From contig JBBCKI010000030.1 in assembly GCA_037190965.1 (NCBI GenBank), positions 1 through 64,000 of the forward strand: 64,000 nt of DNA. Direction: 5' to 3'. This stretch comes from Chthoniobacteraceae bacterium. GTDB lineage: Bacteria > Verrucomicrobiota > Verrucomicrobiia > Chthoniobacterales > Chthoniobacteraceae. A model generated the notes under the pieces. The model was not told the origin of the DNA, did no database searches, and saw only the letters and a list, made by a program, of their open reading frames with translations. A program made the translations under genes and the position numbers. Positions 1 through 9,344 of this stretch are shown piece by piece. The stretch's first letter is position 1. Every line of letters begins with the position of its first letter.

Positions 1-145
1 CCACATCGGTCAAGAAGCTTTCATCCTGCGCGCGCTTGCCGCGCGGTAGAGGGAGGGCGGAGCTCCGCGACGCCGCCTTTGCCCATAGGCCCTCTATTTC
101 TTCTTCTCAACAACCTCTCCCGATCCGTAAACGCAACCTAACACG

Positions 146-178
146 AAAAAGCCTGCCTCCCCTTTCGGGAAAGCAGGC
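146..178 (-). terminator. Intrinsic terminator downstream of the large PEP-CTERM gene
   Basis: Minus strand reads GCCTGCTTTCCC-GAAA-GGGGAGGCAGGC-TTTTT: GC-rich stem, GAAA loop and U-tract, ~27 nt after the stop at 205. Confidence 0.8.
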
Positions 179-204
179 CCCAGCAACCTCAAAGATGCGG
201 TCGA

Positions 205-3200
205 TTAAGCCGTCCTCCTTCTGCGATTGAGCAGATAGAAGAGGCCGCTGCTACCAACCATCAACGCCCAGGTACTCGGTTCGGGGACTACGGCGAATTC
301 GCTGTTGTGGTTGATGACCGACCAAACCGAACCGTTACTTGCGTCAACGCCCCACGCGCCCAGCATGTCGCTGAAGGAATAGCTCGAATAAAGGGAGCTG
401 AAAGCTTCCCAGCTCATTTGGTAACCGTTGGTCGCGGCCAGCAAGCCCGCCCCGATATTCCCGTCAACCGCATTGACCCACGCTTCGCTGCCTTCGTCAT
501 ACCAGGCGAGGAAGGAACTCGACGAGACGGTTGCCACCTGGAGCTCAAGGACGAAGATGTCGCTTCCCGTGCCGTTAAGCGTGAGGACATCCGACTGACG
601 GCCCGCATCGTTGATGGCGAAGCCCGATGAAGAGGCGCTGAAGCTGTAGGTAAGGGTGTTATTGCCGCTGGCACCCTGCGAGGCTACGAGGGCCGCCTTG
701 GTGGTTGTTCCACCGACGGAGCTGACCACTTCGCCGGATGCGCCGAGGCTATAGGTTGAGCCGCTCCCAATCGCCCGCTCCACATGCCCGCCTTGAACAA
801 CAATGTCGTTGTTGATCGTGACTCCTGAGGAGATGACAAGCTTACCTCCGTTAACCGTGGCGACGGATGAACCCAACGCGTTGTCGCTACCCGCGATCAA
901 CGTGCCGCCGGAGATCAACGTGGTTCCTGAATAGGTGTTGTTTCCATTGAGCAACCAGGTACCGACCCCTGCCTTAATGAGCGAAGTAGTCCCGCCCGAG
1001 GCATCTCCGATGGCCAGCGAGAAGATGTTGTTGCCGGTATTGCTTCCCGTCAGGGTCAGCGTTCTATCGCCCGCGCCCTGGAAGGCTAGCGATCCGGTGT
1101 TGGAGAATGTCACGGCTCCCGTTCCGGAGGCGTCAATCGCCGCGCCGCCGGTTCCCACCGTCAACAGACGATTGGTGCTATGCCCGGCCCCCATGTACTG
1201 GAGCGTGCCGTTGTCGATGAGCAGATTGGCGGCAGCATTGGTGGAAGCACCGATATTACTGTTCGAGCCGCCATTCTGAAGGTTGGAAACACTCAGCGTA
1301 CCGCCCAGGATCTGAGTGCTACCGGTATAGGAATTGGCAGCGGAGAGGATCCATTTGCCCGCGTCCGATTTCACCAATGACGTAGTCCCTCCCGAGGCAT
1401 TTCCGATGGAGAGCGCCAGCGTATTGTCGGTGGTGCTCGTCCCCTTCAAGGTCAGGCTACGTGAACCGGCGGCGCTGTAGGCGACCGCACCGGTGTTGGT
1501 GAAGTTCACCGCGCCGGTACCCGAGGCTGCCAGCGCACCGCCGTTGACACCGACAGTGAAAAGACGGTTGGTGCTATTTCCCGCTCCCGTGTACTCAAGA
1601 GTACCGCCGTTGAGGATGAGGTTGGCGGCTGCATTGGTGGAAGAGCCGATGTTGCTGTTGACGCCTCCGTCCTGGAGGTTGGAGACACTCAACGTGCCAC
1701 CCAGAACATCCGTGATTCCCTTATAGCTATTCACTCCGCTCAGAATCCACTTGCCCGAGCCGTCCTTAGTCAGACGGCTTGCAGTGGTGCTGGTGCCGCC
1801 GATCGACGAAGCGACCGTATTGTCGTCGGTATTGGTTCCCCCAAGAATCAGGTGACCACCGCCGCCAATCACAGCGACAGTCCCGGAAGCGCTGCTCGTC
1901 AAACCGATGGCCCCGGTATTGGTGAATTTCAGAGCGCCGGTACCGGATGAATCGATCCGGGCACCTTCGTAAGTGGAACCCCAAGCGCTAATGGAGAACA
2001 AGCGATCCGTGCTGTCGCCCGCGCCGGTGTATTTCAACCCACCCCGGAAGAAGGCGAGGTTGCCCGCGGCATTACTGGATGCACCGATGCTGCTGTTCTG
2101 CCCGCCGTTGGCAAACTTGGTAACTTCGAGGACGCCGCTGTTGATGAACGTCTGGCCTGTATAGCTATTGGTTTCGTTTCCGATGATCCAGTAGCCGCCG
2201 GTGTTGGCATTGCCGCTGAGACCGCCTTTTCTCAACGAGGTCGCATAGGAGCCGTTGTCGGTAATGCGCAGATCGAAGCGGTTTGCTTCGTTGTTAGTGC
2301 CGCGCAACTGGAGAGTTACCGCCCCTGCATAGTCATAAGCGACTGTACCGGTGTTGGTGTAATGGAGCTTGCCGGTGCCATCGTTGGCGATGGTGGCGCT
2401 GTTCCCCGCAATGGTGAAGAGGCGATCCGTACTGGCGTTTTGGGTGCCGACGTAGTTGAACTGAGCTCCCGTGCCGAGAATCAGGTTCGAGGCGGCGTTG
2501 GAAGTGTTCCCCAAAGCGCTGTTCGAACCGGCATTGCCGAGCGTCGTGACACGAAGCTGACCTTTTTCGATCACGGTGGCTCCGGTGTACTGATTGGTGC
2601 CGGTCAGCAACAGGGAGCCGTCGCCGGTCTTGACCAATCCACCCGAACCGCCAAGAACACCGCTAAGTTCAGCGGTGCTATTGCTCTGAACTTCGATGCT
2701 TCTGCTGGCATTGCCGAAGTTGATACCGTTGGCGAAGACAATCTTGTTGGTGCTTTCCGACCCCAGGACCAGCTTCTTGCCGTTACCGACGAATCCGCCC
2801 TCTCCCCAGGTGACCGTCGCGCCCGCGCCGCCCAGGTTGACCGTGCGATCTGCGCCGATCGCCTTGAAACCACCGTCTCCTGTGAACTGAACTTCGCCGG
2901 CTCCCGCGCCTAACGAGCGGGTGAAGTTCCCGAAAGATTCGGTGACGGAAATGCCGACGTCATTCACCCCGCCGGGCGTGAGATAACTGAATGAACCCAA
3001 CGCCAGAAGCCCGCCATCGAAGACCAGATTGCTGTTGGCGGAGAGAGCCGCTTCCCGGTTGACGGTCAGAGTCGCCCCGGTGCGGATGACGGTATCGCCG
3101 ACATACGTGCTCGTCCCTTGCAACGTAAAGCTACCGTCCACGACCAGCGAGAGGTTGTTCTCATGGGTTCCGCCACCACCGAGATAGCCGGAGTAGACGC

Positions 3201-4800
3201 CACTTTTGACAATCAGCGTGGAGATCTCGGAATTTCCACCCACGACGTAGACGGGCGGATCGAGTTGCGGATCGGGGTTGAGGTCTTTGACATACTGCGG
3301 CTTGGCCGCGTTGAGGGAGGCAAGCGTCTGGGTGATGGCTCCCGTGGTTTCATCGCCCAATTGGAGGTAGGCGGCCTGACCATGGGTGGAGGTTCCCGCC
3401 AGCTTCGCTCCGAAACCGGAACTGAACCGATCGTTGCCTTTAAGAATGACGCGGGCATTCTTGATATCGAGCAGGGAGCCTCCCGAAGTAGTGTTGACGC
3501 CGCTGACAATGGTGGTGCCATTGGCGAAGACAAGATTCCCGCTACAGCTGTTGGAGCCACTCAGGGTAAGGTCGCCTTCACCGCGTTTGTAAAGGCCGGT
3601 GCCGGAGATATTGCCCGAAATATTCAGTGTCGTGTCTGCCCCCACATCGAGCGTGACGGTGGTGGGGAAAATCAGATCCGCCGAAACTTCATGATTGACC
3701 GCATTGCCGGTCGATTCCGTGATGATGTTGAGACTGGTGGTCAGCTTGGCGTTATTGAGGGCGCTGATGGTGAAATCTTCATCCGAACTGATGGTGATCT
3801 GCCCGACCGTTGTATCGGAATCGATGACAACGCCATCGCCCGAAGCGAAGACCGCCTTTCCGACCGTGGAAGCAATGGTATGACCATCCCAGTTCTCCGG
3901 AGAATTCCATAGCTTGTCGCCACTTCCATTCCAGTAGGAAGTGATGTCAAAAATAAAACTAGAGTAGGAGGCGTCGCTCTGGTCCAGGCGGAGCGACCAG
4001 AGCTGTGCGTGCTGGACGCCCGTCCAGTTCACCTGGAAAGAGCCAATGCTTCCCGCATAGGGGCTCAGATCCCATTGCAAACCAAAGGTGTTGATATAGA
4101 CATCCTCGTCCACCCCGGAGCCGGGCGGCATCTCCAGGCTTCCGTTGTAAGCCTTTTTGATCACATCCGCATAGTTTGCCGCGATTTCGCCGAGAAATAC
4201 CCCGTCTGTATCGTAGAGGGAAAGCAACGGCATATCCTCAAACCCGAAGCCGTCGCCATCCTTGTCCCAGAGGGTGTATCCGTAGGCCTCGCCCAGGGAG
4301 AGCTGGAAGGTGACTGTCTGGACGGACGAGATGGCTGTGGCCCTTGCGCCGAGCGTGCCGCCGTCGGTGTTGGCTACGGGACTGGCGCCCCCATAGTAAA
4401 TGGTGGAACCCGACGGGAAGGGGCCGCCGCCCGTGCCATTGCTGATCTTGATGAGATCCCCCTGCGTCGCGCCATTCCAAAGCTGTGATTTGATGGACTT
4501 GGACCAGTTTGCATTTCCGGGGAACGAACCATAGCCGGTATTGCCATTGAATCCGATGAACCCGAAGCCGACGCCGGGAGTATTGCGCGTCTGGTAGCTC
4601 CCCGAAAGATTCAGCCAGAGATCGTATTGATGCGTTCCATCCATGGAGATGTCGAACGGATCGGATGGCAGCCAGGTAATCGAATTGGGGATGACAACGC
4701 CTTCGGAATACGACGCCATCATCGCCGTTGCCAGAACAGCAGGAAGGGTCTTCTTGAGCATGGAGTGTTTGCGGCTACGGCGTTTGATATGGTGTTTCAT
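205..4800 (-). CDS. Large PEP-CTERM surface protein with autotransporter-associated beta-strand repeats
   Basis: Signal-peptide-like N-terminus (start 4800 MKHH or 4761 MLKK); many LxKxGxGxLxLxGxNxYTGxTxIxxGxL repeats; C-terminal VPEPSTWAL + TM + RRRR. Confidence 0.9.
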   Translation of the reverse strand: MKHHIKRRSRKHSMLKKTLPAVLATAMMASYSEGVVIPNSITWLPSDPFDISMDGTHQYDLWLNLSGSYQTRNTPGVGFGFIGFNGNTGYGSFPGNANWSKSIKSQLWNGATQGDLIKISNGTGGGPFPSGSTIYYGGASPVANTDGGTLGARATAISSVQTVTFQLSLGEAYGYTLWDKDGDGFGFEDMPLLSLYDTDGVFLGEIAANYADVIKKAYNGSLEMPPGSGVDEDVYINTFGLQWDLSPYAGSIGSFQVNWTGVQHAQLWSLRLDQSDASYSSFIFDITSYWNGSGDKLWNSPENWDGHTIASTVGKAVFASGDGVVIDSDTTVGQITISSDEDFTISALNNAKLTTSLNIITESTGNAVNHEVSADLIFPTTVTLDVGADTTLNISGNISGTGLYKRGEGDLTLSGSNSCSGNLVFANGTTIVSGVNTTSGGSLLDIKNARVILKGNDRFSSGFGAKLAGTSTHGQAAYLQLGDETTGAITQTLASLNAAKPQYVKDLNPDPQLDPPVYVVGGNSEISTLIVKSGVYSGYLGGGGTHENNLSLVVDGSFTLQGTSTYVGDTVIRTGATLTVNREAALSANSNLVFDGGLLALGSFSYLTPGGVNDVGISVTESFGNFTRSLGAGAGEVQFTGDGGFKAIGADRTVNLGGAGATVTWGEGGFVGNGKKLVLGSESTNKIVFANGINFGNASRSIEVQSNSTAELSGVLGGSGGLVKTGDGSLLLTGTNQYTGATVIEKGQLRVTTLGNAGSNSALGNTSNAASNLILGTGAQFNYVGTQNASTDRLFTIAGNSATIANDGTGKLHYTNTGTVAYDYAGAVTLQLRGTNNEANRFDLRITDNGSYATSLRKGGLSGNANTGGYWIIGNETNSYTGQTFINSGVLEVTKFANGGQNSSIGASSNAAGNLAFFRGGLKYTGAGDSTDRLFSISAWGSTYEGARIDSSGTGALKFTNTGAIGLTSSASGTVAVIGGGGHLILGGTNTDDNTVASSIGGTSTTASRLTKDGSGKWILSGVNSYKGITDVLGGTLSVSNLQDGGVNSNIGSSTNAAANLILNGGTLEYTGAGNSTNRLFTVGVNGGALAASGTGAVNFTNTGAVAYSAAGSRSLTLKGTSTTDNTLALSIGNASGGTTSLVKSDAGKWILSAANSYTGSTQILGGTLSVSNLQNGGSNSNIGASTNAAANLLIDNGTLQYMGAGHSTNRLLTVGTGGAAIDASGTGAVTFSNTGSLAFQGAGDRTLTLTGSNTGNNIFSLAIGDASGGTTSLIKAGVGTWLLNGNNTYSGTTLISGGTLIAGSDNALGSSVATVNGGKLVISSGVTINNDIVVQGGHVERAIGSGSTYSLGASGEVVSSVGGTTTKAALVASQGASGNNTLTYSFSASSSGFAINDAGRQSDVLTLNGTGSDIFVLELQVATVSSSSFLAWYDEGSEAWVNAVDGNIGAGLLAATNGYQMSWEAFSSLYSSYSFSDMLGAWGVDASNGSVWSVINHNSEFAVVPEPSTWALMVGSSGLFYLLNRRRRTA

Positions 4801-4986
4801 CGGGTTGAGATCGAATTTAAATGAGCCCATCTCGGGGTACGTTGGCCAACCGTGGCAGGTCACATGGTGCGCACGACGCAGATCCCCTCCGACTCCATGG
4901 TGCAGGGTCGCCGCAAGTTCTCACGTGCGAGCCTTTCAGCCGTCGGACTACCCAACGGCAGCCTCAAAGTCAGATTGTATCTTGTG

Positions 4987-7494
4987 TCACACCAGGGGGC
5001 GAAGCTTGTGACAGCGACGCTTCCATCGGTTCCATCCGAAAAAGGTTGCCCCGAGGCCCATTAGCATCCAGCTGGAGGGCTCCGGTACGGCATACTGCAA
5101 AAACAATTCGTCGCCAGAGGCATAGAGACCGAAGCTGCCTATGTAAGGATTGGCGAACCCGGTCGTATTGATGGAGAAGAGCGAAATATCGAAATCCTCA
5201 ATTCCCCCGCTGGCCTTGGCAATCAGCCATGAATAGTCGGTGGTATCGTCGAAATCCGTCAGAGCTCCCAGCGTGGCGATGCGAAGTTCGAAACGGTTCT
5301 CCGTGGTAGCAGTAACCTTCAAAGAGCCCGAAATATCGAGGAAATCCCAGTGTTCCCCTTCCTGACCCTCCGCAGAAGCGATCTCCCACAGGTAGACACC
5401 GCCGCCGCCCCAGGTCTGTGCTCCCGTATGCAAGGTTCCCGTGCTGTTGCCTGGAGCAAGAACATCTCCGCCGCCAAGGTTGATCTGGCGCATGAAGTGT
5501 CCGTTGCCGGTCAATTGACCACCATTGAAGATAAAGGCGCCATTGCCGCTGACGGTTCCATTAACATTGAGGATGCCCCCATCGAGGGTGATGTCACCGT
5601 TCCCGGTAATCCCGCCTTTGACATTAAGCCGCGCCAGGGATTCGACCTTGATAGCGCCGGAATTGATGAAATTGGTTCCAACCTCAACAAGAAGCGTCCC
5701 CTTGCTCACCACGGTCGAGGCGGCGTAGGTCTTGTCCACGCCGGCAAAAACAACCTCTCCGAGACCGTCTAGCGTGACCGTCTTCTGGCTGTTTCCCCCG
5801 GTCATCGCGCCGGTGAAAGTCAAACGATCAGTCTCGCTCTTCGCCGTCAGGAATGTATTGCCCACCGCAGAGTTGGAGGCTTGAGCCTCGGGATTGACGA
5901 GCACTCCGCTGAAACTTACAGCCCCGCTGAAAATGGCTCCATCAGTCGTATTGATGGCCCCCAGGCGCTTTCCGAGATCCCCGGCACCCAAGGCGATATT
6001 GCGATTGAGCGTCAAATCGCCATCCAGCAACAACTCAGCCATCCAGAGAGCGCTCCCGGTGGTGAATGCATAGAGATCCGCGTCGCCGCCGATGGTCAGC
6101 GCCGACGTACCGTTACCCAGCGCATTGGCGTTCGAGATGATCAACCGGCCGTTCACCACGGTCGTCGTTCCGGTGTATTGGTTACTGCCGTTGATGCGCA
6201 GTTCCCCGCCTTGCATTCCCAGAAATCCGGTGAACGTGTTGTCGCCATTCATGACGACGGTGCCATTCCCCATTTTGACGATTCCATAATCGCCGGAGAT
6301 GTCCCCGTTCACGACGACGGTGCCGCTATTGACTTCAAAAAAGTTGAGCGCCCCCAATCCATAGTCGGCATCAAAGGTATAGACCTTCTCCGCCGCGTCG
6401 GGCGCAGTAGAGCGAACCGTGATGCCCGTATTGGAACTCAACCGGTAATCGCCACTGCTGCCGATCGTGACATTGTTGGCACCGTCAAAAATGATCTCCC
6501 CAACCGTGTGATGACCGTCGTCAATATCGACATGGACCTCGGCGGCATTTGTGAACTTTAGATTTCCATTCTCCTGGGGAGCCGACTGCCCCTTCCAGTA
6601 TTCGCCGCCGCTCCAGAGCCCGCTGTTAAAATCATTGCCCCAGGTGGACGACCCCGGCATCGCCAGTTCATAGTATGATGCTGTAATCAGATCGGCCTTC
6701 TGGAAACTCATGCTGGAGCTCAGCGATTCCCATTCGATCCAGAATTCGCCGGTCCCCTCCATGCCTGAAAGATCCCACTGGAGGAGCGTCCGGTTGCGAT
6801 AGCCCGCCGTCGCACTCCAGTGATCGCTTCCCGTTGTGCTATATTCCCGCAGATACTCGGTCTCCGGACTATTGACGCCCAGCGAATAGGTATTGCCGTC
6901 GACGCCCTTATACTTCAGGACGATCTTGCTGAAATCGACGTTCGTTCCATCCGTCTGGAACTGAAAGATAACGGTTCCAAGACTGGCGGCTCCGTTGTAG
7001 ATGCTCTCGCGCTCGTTATAGTCAGGCTTGTTGTGAAGCTGATAGCCCGTCTTGTCCTGAAAGGTATAGATATTTCCCGTACTATCGGGGCCGATAATAA
7101 AGGCCGTATTGCTTTTGACCTGGGTGATCGTCGGGTTGTAAGTATCCCAGAAAGCGAATGCGTTTCGCGGATTCGAATCGGGAGAAGCCGGAAAGCCGCC
7201 AGGCCGAGCCTCGGGATACCAGAGACCATCCAGCCCTTGGACGCCTCCTGCGGGCGCGAAAATGTCGGGGTAGTTTCCTTCCTTCGAATTGGGCGAGTAG
7301 AAGACGTCCCACGCGCTATACTCAAACCAGAGCCCGTAGTCGTTCGCAGTTTGCGAATCGTAGAAGGTCAAAGTCGGGGTAAATAACCCATTGGGCGTCG
7401 GGTCAACAGGACTGAAGAGAAACTCTCCATAGAGCGACGACCCCGCTCCGCTGAGCGCGACTCCTGCAAAGAAGACGACAAGCCCTTTCTTCAT
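4987..7494 (-). CDS. PEP-CTERM surface protein with autotransporter-associated beta-strand repeats
   Basis: Signal peptide MKKGLVVFFAGVALSGAGSSLYG; GIVKMGNGTVVMNGDNTFTG repeats; LAPGNSTGTL motif; C-terminal VPEPSSWML + TM + basic tail. Confidence 0.9.
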   Translation of the reverse strand: MKKGLVVFFAGVALSGAGSSLYGEFLFSPVDPTPNGLFTPTLTFYDSQTANDYGLWFEYSAWDVFYSPNSKEGNYPDIFAPAGGVQGLDGLWYPEARPGGFPASPDSNPRNAFAFWDTYNPTITQVKSNTAFIIGPDSTGNIYTFQDKTGYQLHNKPDYNERESIYNGAASLGTVIFQFQTDGTNVDFSKIVLKYKGVDGNTYSLGVNSPETEYLREYSTTGSDHWSATAGYRNRTLLQWDLSGMEGTGEFWIEWESLSSSMSFQKADLITASYYELAMPGSSTWGNDFNSGLWSGGEYWKGQSAPQENGNLKFTNAAEVHVDIDDGHHTVGEIIFDGANNVTIGSSGDYRLSSNTGITVRSTAPDAAEKVYTFDADYGLGALNFFEVNSGTVVVNGDISGDYGIVKMGNGTVVMNGDNTFTGFLGMQGGELRINGSNQYTGTTTVVNGRLIISNANALGNGTSALTIGGDADLYAFTTGSALWMAELLLDGDLTLNRNIALGAGDLGKRLGAINTTDGAIFSGAVSFSGVLVNPEAQASNSAVGNTFLTAKSETDRLTFTGAMTGGNSQKTVTLDGLGEVVFAGVDKTYAASTVVSKGTLLVEVGTNFINSGAIKVESLARLNVKGGITGNGDITLDGGILNVNGTVSGNGAFIFNGGQLTGNGHFMRQINLGGGDVLAPGNSTGTLHTGAQTWGGGGVYLWEIASAEGQEGEHWDFLDISGSLKVTATTENRFELRIATLGALTDFDDTTDYSWLIAKASGGIEDFDISLFSINTTGFANPYIGSFGLYASGDELFLQYAVPEPSSWMLMGLGATFFGWNRWKRRCHKLRPLV

Positions 7495-8360
7495 CGCCGT
7501 CCCCCTCCTCCAATCCCGGTGCTGCCTTGAACCGGCACTCTGTAGTTAGGATCGTCATTGGCCTGAGCCTTGAAACTCCAATACCGCATATCGGAGCTCA
7601 AATCACTGACGGCATACTGCCGAACGCTTCCATCGAGAAAGACGCAAAGGGCCTTTCCGTTGTGGCGTGGGTCTATATTACTTTTGGCAAGGTCGTCCTT
7701 CCAGATATCGGTCTTGTAACTGGGAGGCTCGACCCCAAATCGCCCCTCGACCCGCTTGGCGGTTGCATTGGTCGCCGCAGTGGCAAAAATTAACATATGT
7801 GAAGGCTTTTGGGATTGAACGGTCCGTGTAAGAACCTCGTCCGGATTGGCGATTGCGCCGTCAACCATATGACCGCCCGCAAAGTAATAATTGATGCCGA
7901 AAGACGGGCACAGACTGATTCCATAGCTTAGCTCATTCCCGACAAACAGCTCGGGGACCACTTGTTTGTTCTGATTGACGAGGAGAACCCCGTCGATCTG
8001 ATAGTTAAAGTAAGCGGACAGTCGAAAGGGGTAGCGATGAAGAGCTCCTCCCGTAAGGATTTCGCCCGAAGGCAAGGTCAATGTCGTGTTATCGATTTCA
8101 GGGTTGGCTCCTTCATAATGAGCCACCATCAGCCGGCCATTGTGTTCTGTAGCATAATTGAGGTATGCGGAAATCAGCATCTTTCCTGCATTGACCTCCT
8201 TGACCATCGCTCCGCTGCGCCTTGCCCCTCGCATGACGGAAAGCGTCATCGTCCCGAGGATGGCCATGAGGCCAACCGCGATCAGGATCTCGATGACGGT
8301 AAAAGCTGTTCGGCTTTCCTGCTTCCGGGGGGAACGCATGATGGAAAGTGTATGAATCAT
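7491..8360 (-). CDS. Prepilin-type N-terminal cleavage/methylation (pseudopilin-like) protein with H-X9-DG motif
   Basis: AFTVIEILIAV prepilin motif; C-terminal RHNGKALCVFLDG (H-X9-DG); ATGA overlap with the next gene; alternative start 8339. Confidence 0.85.
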   Translation of the reverse strand: MIHTLSIMRSPRKQESRTAFTVIEILIAVGLMAILGTMTLSVMRGARRSGAMVKEVNAGKMLISAYLNYATEHNGRLMVAHYEGANPEIDNTTLTLPSGEILTGGALHRYPFRLSAYFNYQIDGVLLVNQNKQVVPELFVGNELSYGISLCPSFGINYYFAGGHMVDGAIANPDEVLTRTVQSQKPSHMLIFATAATNATAKRVEGRFGVEPPSYKTDIWKDDLAKSNIDPRHNGKALCVFLDGSVRQYAVSDLSSDMRYWSFKAQANDDPNYRVPVQGSTGIGGGGRR

Positions 8361-8417
8361 TAGCGACTTGGAATGCGATGAATATAGAGGATTACCAGCC
8401 GCCGCCGCTCGCTTTGG

Positions 8418-8478
8418 ATTGCGATTCCATCACGCGAGATTGCCGTCTTTGAATTGCGATGCAGTTACCTGAGATTGC
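8418..8478. promoter_or_regulatory. Candidate operator: bipartite direct repeat ATTGCGAT-N10-GAGATTGC x2
   Basis: Copies at 8418-8443 and 8453-8478 (35-bp period), upstream of the pseudopilin/PEP-CTERM operon. Confidence 0.4.
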
Positions 8479-8561
8479 GCTCAGGCAGCAATTCAGACGA
8501 TGACTATACTATCACTAGCGATCCGAATTGCGCACGGTTCCCGCAGGGATCCCGATAGAGA

Positions 8562-9194
8562 TCAGGCCAGCAATTCTTCCTGCAACCGCGAGATCAATCG
8601 CCGCAGCCGCGAGGGAACGGAAAGATCCTCCAACAGCTGCTGCCGGGCAAACGGGTCGCGGATGAAGGTGTGCGAAACGATGTCCGCCAGCGCCGAAGGG
8701 TCATCAATGGATGCAAGCTGCTTTTCAATGGGAGTGGGCACTTGCGCCCCCTTGTCCTTCAACTCGCTGCAAAGCTCCAGCACCTTCGCCGATAGCGCGT
8801 CAGTCTCCGGACTTGCCGATGGCTCGTTGGGGAGCGGTACGATCCGGGCCACCCGGAATGGCCTCACTTTGACCCACCCGGTCAACTGCACCCGCACCAA
8901 CCCTTGAAGAATCAGGTTATAAACTCCATCGTCCCGCATCACGCAGGCGCGCACCAAGCCGATCCCGGCGGTTTGATAAAATTGTTCATCTTCCTCCGCG
9001 TCGGTGACACCCGGCTTCATCAACGCGATGCAGAACATCCGGTCATGCTCCAGGGCGTACGCCAGCATCTTCCGGTAGCGCGGCTCATAAATGGTGATCG
9101 GCAGCAGCGCAAACGGCAGCAAGAGCGCGTTCGGCAGCGTCATCACCGGCACTTCTTCTGGAAAGCGAAAGGCGTTCACAAGTTTCAAAATCAA
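8562..9194 (-). CDS. LON peptidase substrate-binding (Lon N-terminal) domain protein
   Basis: VPVMTLPNALLLP...LPITIYEPRYRKM and YNLILQGLVRV motifs; QQLLEDLSVPSRLRRL C-terminus. Confidence 0.85.
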   Translation of the reverse strand: MILKLVNAFRFPEEVPVMTLPNALLLPFALLPITIYEPRYRKMLAYALEHDRMFCIALMKPGVTDAEEDEQFYQTAGIGLVRACVMRDDGVYNLILQGLVRVQLTGWVKVRPFRVARIVPLPNEPSASPETDALSAKVLELCSELKDKGAQVPTPIEKQLASIDDPSALADIVSHTFIRDPFARQQLLEDLSVPSRLRRLISRLQEELLA

Positions 9195-9344
9195 AAGCCT
9201 ATAAAAAGCATACGGGAATCAATGCCGCTTTCGGATGCGGCAGTTCCCTCTTAAATTAGACAGTGTGGACGCAGTTGAGTTCAAACAACTTTCTCCTCGT
9301 GTTTGCCACACGCAAAAGGCCACTTTGTCCCCTTTGTTTGCACG

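Noticed and set aside
1..145. Possible gene start at the left window edge
   Set aside because: Candidate ATGs on the minus strand hit stops quickly; nothing supportable
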